Shown one piece after another: positions 56,182-63,363 of a stretch of 64,000 bases of DNA. The notes beneath the pieces were generated by a model. That model searched no databases. It was not told the origin of the DNA and saw only the letters and a list, made by a program, of their open reading frames with translations. The stretch comes from a virus. A program made the translations under genes and the position numbers. How positions within the stretch are numbered: position 1 is the first letter of the stretch; each line of letters begins with the position of its first letter. The stretch covers positions 32,001 to 96,000 of the IMG/VR virus record IMGVR_UViG_3300022700_000278. One strand, written 5' to 3'.

Positions 56182-57020
56182 AAAAGATTTTTATACCCAA
56201 CTTGTTTCATCAGCTTCTTGAGCTTGTCTTGTCTGCACAGTTCGTCAAACTCAAGCGACATAAAAGATCTTGTGTGTTCTATGTCACCAGCTAAATATTT
56301 CCTCTTGAAGTTTTCCCACTGAGGCTTGGGAGAAGAGTTTCTTTTCTTTTCTATTAGCTGATAGGTCCTATTTTGTGGCTCCCATTCCAAAGTCTTTTTC
56401 TTCGCTTTTTCATTAAAGTTCAAACCGCAAAAGTCATACAGGTGTTTGATTAATTTTATTCGACCGTTTTTTGTTTTAGACTGTTCTGCATCTATTGGCA
56501 ATAGAAAAGCATGTTTCTTTGGCACAGAAAGCATTTCTGTATATTTTTGTATCCACGTTTTTAATCTTTTTTGTCTAGAAACATTATCCATTTCATTTGG
56601 GTTGTTATGCTCTTCGTCTTCTCTCCATAACTTGGAATGAAGAGATAATAGTGGATCTCTTATCGGAATAACAATTTTTACTTCTGGCTTTTTCTCAATC
56701 AAACTTTTGATAAACCAAGAACTTGGTTTGTGATGATGCTCGTGAGCAATAACAATCTTTTTCCCTGCTAGCTGTTCTTCTTTACAAGCCGACAAAACAC
56801 CTTCGCTAAACCATTCGGTACAAATTTTTTCCGACGGCTTGGTAAAGTCTGAAAGCTCTATGGGCTTGGTTTTTACATATCGCCGATGATTTAGTTTCTT
56901 ATGTTTTTCCCACAAGCTTCCTATTCTAAAAGCTTCTTCTGTGTGAAACCCAGCAGCAAGCATAGAACTAGCAAAGAAAGTACCAGTGTGCTGAATGCTA
57001 TAAACAAAAACCTTTTTCAT
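56172..57020 (-). CDS. Divergent sulfotransferase-like P-loop protein
   Basis: VFVYSIQHTGTFF (PSB-like loop) and IVIPIRDPLLSLHS (3'-PB-like). Confidence 0.6.
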   Translation of the reverse strand: MKKVFVYSIQHTGTFFASSMLAAGFHTEEAFRIGSLWEKHKKLNHRRYVKTKPIELSDFTKPSEKICTEWFSEGVLSACKEEQLAGKKIVIAHEHHHKPSSWFIKSLIEKKPEVKIVIPIRDPLLSLHSKLWREDEEHNNPNEMDNVSRQKRLKTWIQKYTEMLSVPKKHAFLLPIDAEQSKTKNGRIKLIKHLYDFCGLNFNEKAKKKTLEWEPQNRTYQLIEKKRNSSPKPQWENFKRKYLAGDIEHTRSFMSLEFDELCRQDKLKKLMKQVGYKNLLWW

Positions 57021-58966
57021 TTGATTTTCTCTAGTAAAGCTTCATAGACATCTTTAACTGCAATGTTTTCCATACATTTAGAGTGTCCTTTTGCTGAGCC
57101 AGTCTTTTTGCATGGCATATTCTGGTTTCTCCAACAAGGAACGCAGTCCATTTTGCTACTCACCACAAGACAATTCTTGTAGTGTTTGCAGCGTGCTCGA
57201 GGATCAATCGGACCAAATAAAGCTATAGTAGGGAGGTCAGCACTTCCGGCAAGATGCAAGAAAGAAGTGTCTGGAGTAAGCATTATATCTGCGCTTAGAG
57301 CTATCGCAGCAGCTTTCCGGAAGGGAAACCCGCCAGCATCTACAGTGTTTGGATATAAAAACTCTCTAGAATGATCAAGAATAATTACTTGAAACTTATC
57401 AACTAACAAAGGAATTAAATCATTATATTTTTCAATTGGCCAGTTTCGGTATTCTTCTGCACAACGTAAAGCAACAGCCAGTCTCGGCTTCTCTGTTTCT
57501 GGAAGAAAAGTTTTTGCCCAAGAAAGTTCTTCTTCTGTCGGCCAGTAAGTACTAGACTTTTTCTTTATAATCTTAGAAACCCCTAGTGCCTCTGCAAAGA
57601 CCTCTACTCTAGTTTTGTCTACTGGTTTTCTACTACGAACCTTGTTAGCTTCGTAGTGAGCGCATGGAGTAGAGATGTCGTACACGATAGAATATCTGTT
57701 GTTTTTAATTTCCTTATCAGCGTCTAGCAGCTTATCTATCGTTGGACTATTTTCTGCTGCTGGCCAATACTTTTTTGGAAGCGCGAAGTAAACTTTCTTT
57801 GTAGGATATTTATCTTTTAATGCCTCTATGGCAGTCATGCTTTGTGTAATATCTCCAAATCCTCCGAAGTGTCTTTTCACTAGTACAATATTGTCAGGCT
57901 TGAAGCCTTTTCTAGAGTTTACTGTTATCACTTTCTGTACCTTGGTTTTTTCTGCAAGCTTTGTTTTAATTGCATCATGTACCATTTCAGGATGCAGTTC
58001 TTTCATACAGGTAATTTTTCCACCACACGTTGGGGTATACCAACATCCTTCACAAGGAAGACCTGCTGTAATAGTAGTGCAGTTTGCATAGTGGTTTGTT
58101 CTAGACTCAGGAGGCACAGATCCAAACAGTGACACTGTTTTCTTTTGTAGCGCGCCAGCCAAATGTAACAATGAACTATCAGGAGTGACTACAACGTCAC
58201 ACTGTTCTAATATAGCCCCAGTGTATCGTAAGTTATAGTTACAAATAAATGTTTGGCGAGGGTTAAAGTGGTTCTTCTTCTCCCAATGGAACAATGCTAC
58301 CCTAACCTTAGGGTCTTGCGTAAGAAGCTCTACAAGTCGCTTGTTGTGTTCCAGAGGCCAAGTACGTCTATTGTCATTGCTTTTTACCTGAAGTCCAACT
58401 AAAGTAACGTCCTTGCGGTTGTGGGGGAGCGCTTTTTGCTTTATTAGTTCCTCTGCCCATTCTTTTTCGTCATCAGTAACAACATATGTAGGAACAGGGT
58501 CAGAAGAAACATCTACCCCAAGTTGTTCCGCAAACATATCTATTCGATTAGGTGGGACCTGACCTTTTTTTTCTCGTGCCAAACCAGTCGCTGTTATATC
58601 TGTAAATAAATCATAGTCTCTTGCTGTTGCTGTTTTATAGCTAATTAGTTCGTCTACAAAAGGATTGTTTCGAATCACGTCGCCTAAAGCTCCGTTAGAA
58701 TAAACCAAATCTGTAGCATATATTAAGTGACAGTTGGGAAGTAGTCTTTTGATGTGCTTGAGCATTGGTGTGCTCATTATCACATCGCCAATACCTCCTA
58801 GTCTTCTGTAGACACAAACCTTTGGCTTCTTCCCTCGAAGCAGCCCATCTAGTCTGCTGAAAACTTTTGGCTCGGCACGAGCCTTAGAATGTACGTTTAA
58901 AACACGTCCTTTTGATCTCTGCTCTCCATCTGGAACGAGAATGCCTTTTTTAAGCCTGGCTACCAT
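57017..58966 (-). CDS. Tandem two-domain GT9 glycosyltransferase
   Basis: Two full copies of R..GG.GD...T, NP.(V/I)D.L, (T/N)WP.E, TPD(S/T)S.LHLAG, LFG...P, CxxC..C..CM. Confidence 0.88.
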   Translation of the reverse strand: MVARLKKGILVPDGEQRSKGRVLNVHSKARAEPKVFSRLDGLLRGKKPKVCVYRRLGGIGDVIMSTPMLKHIKRLLPNCHLIYATDLVYSNGALGDVIRNNPFVDELISYKTATARDYDLFTDITATGLAREKKGQVPPNRIDMFAEQLGVDVSSDPVPTYVVTDDEKEWAEELIKQKALPHNRKDVTLVGLQVKSNDNRRTWPLEHNKRLVELLTQDPKVRVALFHWEKKNHFNPRQTFICNYNLRYTGAILEQCDVVVTPDSSLLHLAGALQKKTVSLFGSVPPESRTNHYANCTTITAGLPCEGCWYTPTCGGKITCMKELHPEMVHDAIKTKLAEKTKVQKVITVNSRKGFKPDNIVLVKRHFGGFGDITQSMTAIEALKDKYPTKKVYFALPKKYWPAAENSPTIDKLLDADKEIKNNRYSIVYDISTPCAHYEANKVRSRKPVDKTRVEVFAEALGVSKIIKKKSSTYWPTEEELSWAKTFLPETEKPRLAVALRCAEEYRNWPIEKYNDLIPLLVDKFQVIILDHSREFLYPNTVDAGGFPFRKAAAIALSADIMLTPDTSFLHLAGSADLPTIALFGPIDPRARCKHYKNCLVVSSKMDCVPCWRNQNMPCKKTGSAKGHSKCMENIAVKDVYEALLEKIK

Positions 58967-58990
58967 CAGAGTGCCCTTTCTTTTCGTTTA

Positions 58991-59602
58991 TTACATCTGG
59001 ACGTGTTCGATCATAATCGAGGGAGAGAACTTTTTGTCATCTTCATAGTTCTCTTTTGAGGTATAGTAAGCTGTTGCTTCGGTATAAAAGTTCCCTGCAT
59101 TAGCGCTATTGATCTTCCAGTTTAGCTTGACAACATTAACTTCTGGCGTCTTTGTGGAAAATAGCGCTGCCATATCCTCTGCTAATTCTGTAGGATTGCG
59201 AGGCTTGCTAAAGCGTAGTTTGTCTATTAGCTTGCCAGTATATTGTCTAGCGTCTTCGTATTCACCGAAAGAAAGCTCAATTCCAATAATATTTGGACGG
59301 CTTCTCATGAGTGTTCTAAAGTATTCCGCTAATTCTTCTTCTTCTAATTTGCGGATTGCGATAGTTCCTGGGAGGCCACTATATTCCCAATTGCCATTTT
59401 CGTCTTGTTCATATTGATATAGTATCTTCTTTCGTTTCGCACGCATATCCTTTATTTGCTGTACAATTTCTCTTTGATTGTCTGCATCGGAAATTTCCAT
59501 TCGAGTAGGATTGCGAGCAATAAGCCTAGTCGATGGATTTACCCTTGCATCGGGATCTACTTTATCAGGGGAAACTTTTTCTGGAGTTCTTTTTGCGACC
59601 AT
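58991..59602 (-). CDS. Hypothetical protein
   Basis: 203 aa; GGAAGG RBS. Confidence 0.6.
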   Translation of the reverse strand: MVAKRTPEKVSPDKVDPDARVNPSTRLIARNPTRMEISDADNQREIVQQIKDMRAKRKKILYQYEQDENGNWEYSGLPGTIAIRKLEEEELAEYFRTLMRSRPNIIGIELSFGEYEDARQYTGKLIDKLRFSKPRNPTELAEDMAALFSTKTPEVNVVKLNWKINSANAGNFYTEATAYYTSKENYEDDKKFSPSIMIEHVQM

Positions 59603-59604
59603 TT

Positions 59605-60174
59605 TTATAGCCTTCCTTTCATTTTACCTGCAATTATTTGCAGGTCCTCGTTAATCGATGTTTTGCTAACCCCAAGAGATTGTGCAATTTGTCTGCAACT
59701 AGGAGCCTCTAAGGTTAACAAGGTTAGTATAATTGCTTTTTCGTAAATAGACAAGTTTTTGGCCAGCCATCGAGTTTCGAATAGAAACTTAGGAATAGAA
59801 GGCCATATTTCTTCTTCTATGCAATATGTTCCTAAGTTTATCTCTAATCCTGTTGCGTCTTCTGGTGGAGGAGAAAGCCTGTTCAGCAACTCAGACACTT
59901 TCCAAGGAGTTCTGGTTTCTATGTAATAGAGTAACCGCTTATTGGGATCAAATTCTTCTATAAGAGTGTTGCACAGCAAAAAGATTTCACTTTCTGCTTC
60001 TTCTTGTTCAAGATTACACTGTGTTCGTAGTGCGTCCCTTACCCAGTCCAAGGAAGGAGAGAGTATTTTATATAGTAATTTTTTCTTGGTGACAATAGAG
60101 ACTTCTTTGTTTTTGACATATTTTTCCCATTTTTTTATCTTCTTTCTTCTTTGTTCTGGTAGGAACCAAGACAA
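59605..60174 (-). CDS. Sigma70-like phage sigma factor (regions 2 and 4)
   Basis: EAESEIFL..LIEEFDPNK..YYI (region 2-like); LSIYEKAII..SCRQIAQSLGVSKTSI (region 4 HTH). Confidence 0.6.
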   Translation of the reverse strand: MSWFLPEQRRKKIKKWEKYVKNKEVSIVTKKKLLYKILSPSLDWVRDALRTQCNLEQEEAESEIFLLCNTLIEEFDPNKRLLYYIETRTPWKVSELLNRLSPPPEDATGLEINLGTYCIEEEIWPSIPKFLFETRWLAKNLSIYEKAIILTLLTLEAPSCRQIAQSLGVSKTSINEDLQIIAGKMKGRL

Positions 60175-60175
60175 A

Positions 60176-60484
60176 TTAGAAGTTGTCTTTCCAGTAGCCT
60201 GGATCGGTATAATCTAAACGATCATATCCATTTAGCTGACACCAGCCGTGCAAGGGAAAAACGTTTTCCTCGAGTCGCTTTTGACATTCTTCTAGCGAGC
60301 CATACCAACGTTGCTCTAGGGGTTTAATTCCGTTTCCTGATGCGCCATCTTCATCAGCATAATACAGAATGTGATATCCGCTATTATCCAGGGCAAGTTG
60401 TGCTGTTGCAGTATGGGTGTGTGGAAGCTCTATTCTATCATAGTTCTTCGTAAAATCGAGACTTAGTTGTTTATTTGCCAACAT
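60176..60484 (-). CDS. Hypothetical protein
   Basis: Probable ATG at 60484 (GGGAG upstream); 102 aa. Confidence 0.55.
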   Translation of the reverse strand: MLANKQLSLDFTKNYDRIELPHTHTATAQLALDNSGYHILYYADEDGASGNGIKPLEQRWYGSLEECQKRLEENVFPLHGWCQLNGYDRLDYTDPGYWKDNF

Positions 60485-60486
60485 TT

Positions 60487-61074
60487 TTACTCCCATGTCG
60501 GAATTTGAGATTCATACTCTTCTGTGAGTTTGTCGTAAAACATTACTTTATAGCCTAGCTTTTTGCAAAATTCGATATTTTTCTTTTCTGTGCTGCGCCA
60601 TAAGACTACGGTTAATTTATCTGCTTCTTCAGGATGTACTATTTTAAAACGTCTCAATCTGCTTCTGCTTTCTGAGTTTAGCCACCCTTTGATTTCGTAC
60701 CAACCTTTTTTAAACCGTTTTGAACCTTTTGTTATTTCAAAATCAGGAATATATTGGAAGGGTTTTCTTTCATATCCAAAGAAAGGAAAAACTTGTTCTT
60801 CGAATTTCCACTTAAGATTTTCTTTTTCCAAAATTCTAGCAAAATTAGCTTCTGTCGCAGAACGAAAAACATAAGAAGGATGAATGTCTTTTCGTTTTCC
60901 TCGTTTTACTTTGGAAAGTTTTGCTGCCGCGGGAGCTTTTCTTCCATCTTTCTTTTTTGTCTTGTTTTTATCACAGCTTACACAGACAACCTTAAAAGCC
61001 ATATCATAATTTGACGGGAGATAAAATAAATCTTTCCCACACTTGCTGCATTTGATCTTTCTTCTCCTTCCCAA
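60487..61074 (-). CDS. PD-(D/E)XK endonuclease (T7 endo I-like) with an N-terminal Zn ribbon
   Basis: CSKC..CVSC; FRSATEANFARIL..WKFE..YIPDF..WYEIKGW; GGAGG RBS, TTG start. Confidence 0.8.
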   Translation of the reverse strand: MGRRRKIKCSKCGKDLFYLPSNYDMAFKVVCVSCDKNKTKKKDGRKAPAAAKLSKVKRGKRKDIHPSYVFRSATEANFARILEKENLKWKFEEQVFPFFGYERKPFQYIPDFEITKGSKRFKKGWYEIKGWLNSESRSRLRRFKIVHPEEADKLTVVLWRSTEKKNIEFCKKLGYKVMFYDKLTEEYESQIPTWE

Positions 61075-61086
61075 TTAGATTCCTCC

Positions 61087-61362
61087 TTACACTGTTACTA
61101 GCTTGTCTTTATAATCAAGCTCGCCAGATAACACAAGGACTTCTTCTCCAAGTTTTAAAGACAGGGTGCCTTTTCCTTCCAACACAGTAACCGGCAATGT
61201 CTCTGAAATCAAGCCTTCTTCTTTACAAATTTCTAAGCAAATTGTTGCTGCTTCTTCTGCGCTGTGTCGCAGGTCTGGTGGCAAACAGCCCGTTCGTTCA
61301 AAGAAATTAGTAAAGCCGCTCATTCCTTTAGCTAGTGATCTTGTTACTTTTTCTGGTAGCAT
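61087..61362 (-). CDS. Hypothetical protein
   Basis: Probable ATG at 61362 (AAGGAG upstream), MLPEKVTRSL..., 91 aa. Confidence 0.55.
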   Translation of the reverse strand: MLPEKVTRSLAKGMSGFTNFFERTGCLPPDLRHSAEEAATICLEICKEEGLISETLPVTVLEGKGTLSLKLGEEVLVLSGELDYKDKLVTV

Positions 61363-61387
61363 CCCTGCTCCTTCTCTTGTGTGTAAA

Positions 61388-61552
61388 CTAGCAGAATTTT
61401 GATCCTGCACAGAATCGACAGCTATTGACTTTGTCAGGAGTCTTTGCAAAGTCTTTTTCTAATATTTTAGGATTAGAGTTGTTTTTGAATAATTCATATT
61501 CATAATCTTCATCTAATTCAACGAAGAGTTCTTCGGCAACTTCTGGTGACAT
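61388..61552 (-). CDS. 54-aa peptide with an acidic N-terminus and C-terminal CxxCxxxxxC, absent from the ORF track
   Basis: GGAGA RBS; MSPEVAEELFVELDEDYEYELFKNNSNPKILEKDFAKTPDKVNSCRFCAGSKFC; fills the gap between neighbours. Confidence 0.6.
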   Translation of the reverse strand: MSPEVAEELFVELDEDYEYELFKNNSNPKILEKDFAKTPDKVNSCRFCAGSKFC

Positions 61553-61579
61553 TGTTTATCTCCAAACTACAGCGAAGGC

Positions 61580-62140
61580 CTAGTCTTTTTGGTTGAACGG
61601 TCTACTTGGAATTTTTCTTTTCGGCCAAGTATATTTTTTCTTTTGTTTTTGTGGTTTCTTGTTCTTTTCTGCTGCTTCTTTTACTTTTTTCCACATGTCT
61701 TCTGTCTTTTTTGAAATAAGAGAAAGAGCAAGTTCGTTTTTTATCTTTTCAGAAAGCTCAGATTCGTCTATGTTCGCTTCTTCGTATGACACCATGACAT
61801 AGACCCATCCGGCTTTTTCAGCAGCTTCTCGCTTAGCCTCGTCACGCTCTTGTTGTTTTACAAGGTTTGTTTTGGCTTCTTCTAAAGAGATTCCTCCAAA
61901 TGTCACTGGTTCAAAATGTTGTTTTCCGTGACATTCTATGATTATTTTTGCTCCCAAGACTACCCAGTCAAATTTTTCTTTTCCAGAAGAGAATTCCTTG
62001 TTTACTTTTTTGACTGGGTATTCTTGTCGGATCTCAAAATTTTTAAATTCTGGGATTTTTTGTATTAATTCTCCCACATGCTTGTGGAGTTTGCTTGCGT
62101 TCTTAGCCAATTCTCTTGGTAGTTTTGTTTTTTTCATCAA
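61580..62140 (-). CDS. Vsr/DUF559-like endonuclease
   Basis: IRQEYPV..FDWVV..IIIECHGKQHF..QQERDEAK...A...G...V.V.Y. Confidence 0.78.
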   Translation of the reverse strand: MMKKTKLPRELAKNASKLHKHVGELIQKIPEFKNFEIRQEYPVKKVNKEFSSGKEKFDWVVLGAKIIIECHGKQHFEPVTFGGISLEEAKTNLVKQQERDEAKREAAEKAGWVYVMVSYEEANIDESELSEKIKNELALSLISKKTEDMWKKVKEAAEKNKKPQKQKKKYTWPKRKIPSRPFNQKD

Positions 62141-62424
62141 GCTAGCTTTCTTAGTGGCGGTGGCCCAAGAGCCAACAAACCATTTTCCATAGCGAAGTTT
62201 GTTAAAGCTTCGTGCAAAGAATCGTCTTCGATAGCTTCTAAATGCCCACCAGTAACTTCTTCGATATGGCTTTGTGCTTTTGCATGGTCAATAAATATTA
62301 AATATTCTTTGCATCCATGTCCAATTGTAGCTCTATGTTCATATCTATGAAAAACTAGATTTTCCTTTTCATTATCTACTTTTAATGGAAAACTTTTTCT
62401 GCTTAAGATTTGGAAGTTTGACAT
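62137..62424 (-). CDS. Hypothetical protein
   Basis: 95 aa; overlaps both neighbours in the operon. Confidence 0.55.
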   Translation of the reverse strand: MSNFQILSRKSFPLKVDNEKENLVFHRYEHRATIGHGCKEYLIFIDHAKAQSHIEEVTGGHLEAIEDDSLHEALTNFAMENGLLALGPPPLRKLA

Positions 62425-63122
62425 TTATTGCACCTTTCGCAGGTCCAGTATGGGTGATAGTTGATATTTTGTTTCATTCCGCGAGCAAGAAATTCTATGA
62501 TTTTTCCTGCTTCTGCAATGTTGTCCTTATCATAATAACACGAGGAAATATTGATTTCATTATTCTTAGCTAACAGATCTACATTGATATAAACAATATC
62601 TTTGTCTAAGTCTTGTAGCAAATACATTTCTGCCATGGTTTTTATATCTTGAGAAAGTGTTCTACGAGATACTTTTTCCCATCCTATATTTATTATGTTG
62701 ATATATTTGTCTATTTTCTTAGGAACTTTTATTATATCTAGTTTGCTATGTAAAACTCCGCTTAATAATTTCTTTTCTAGCGGCACGCCAACACCAAGAG
62801 TAAAATATCCTGTTCCTACAATGTCATAATTACAATAGCTGTTAAATTTCATTGCGGCAGAAAATGTTTTTTCTTCTATTTCTTTTGCACTTAATCCTAA
62901 TGATGTTGCCAGAGGCCACCAGATCTTGTTCCAATATTTTCCAAGCATTCTATTGTCAACAAAGCCTTTGCTTTTTGTTGCTTCGACTTCTGCGGCACAA
63001 ATAGAATCTTTCATTGCCTTTACAAATGGAGGCGGTTTCTCATATAACTTGGCAGTTCCTCCCCTGTTATAGAGGAATGGACAAAAACTAAATGTTTTTA
63101 CATCTTCTGGTGTTATCCGCAT
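62403..63122 (-). CDS. Cas4/AddB-like PD-(D/E)XK-fold protein, apparently catalytically degenerate
   Basis: N-terminal TFSFCP and C-terminal CERCNKC (iron-staple-like Cys layout); LHSKLDII retained but the DxK motif is replaced by INIG. Confidence 0.55.
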   Translation of the reverse strand: MRITPEDVKTFSFCPFLYNRGGTAKLYEKPPPFVKAMKDSICAAEVEATKSKGFVDNRMLGKYWNKIWWPLATSLGLSAKEIEEKTFSAAMKFNSYCNYDIVGTGYFTLGVGVPLEKKLLSGVLHSKLDIIKVPKKIDKYINIINIGWEKVSRRTLSQDIKTMAEMYLLQDLDKDIVYINVDLLAKNNEINISSCYYDKDNIAEAGKIIEFLARGMKQNINYHPYWTCERCNKCQTSKS

Positions 63123-63199
63123 AATAGCCTATTGCAAACAACAAGGATCCAGATCCAGAAAAGAACAATCAGAATTGTTATAGTTTTGTTTTTCGACAT
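63113..63199 (-). CDS. Possible 28-aa single-TM peptide
   Basis: MSKNKTITILIVLFWIWILVVCNRLLCG bridges the gap between two genes; weak RBS. Confidence 0.3.
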   Translation of the reverse strand: MSKNKTITILIVLFWIWILVVCNRLLCG

Positions 63200-63363
63200 G
63201 CCAGTCGATCTCTTAGTTCTAAATATCTTTCTAATATTCCAGACGAAGCCTCGCACACATCACCAAACATTTCCAGTGCATCTGTTACTGTTTTGTATAA
63301 AATTCTTCCATTTTCAGGAGTGGCAAGGAAAACACTTCCTACTAGCGCTAACAGTCCTTTCAT
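63178..63363 (-). CDS. Hypothetical protein
   Basis: 61 aa; ATGA overlap with the helicase stop. Confidence 0.5.
   Translation of the reverse strand: MKGLLALVGSVFLATPENGRILYKTVTDALEMFGDVCEASSGILERYLELRDRLACRKTKL

Noticed and set aside
51496-58966. Host LPS/O-antigen locus marking a prophage boundary
   Set aside because: Directly continuous and co-oriented with phage sigma, nuclease and helicase genes; no flippase, polymerase, att site or housekeeping genes
62403-63122. Cas4 as part of a CRISPR-Cas locus
   Set aside because: No array, cas1 or cas2 in the window; solo Cas4-like genes are common in phages
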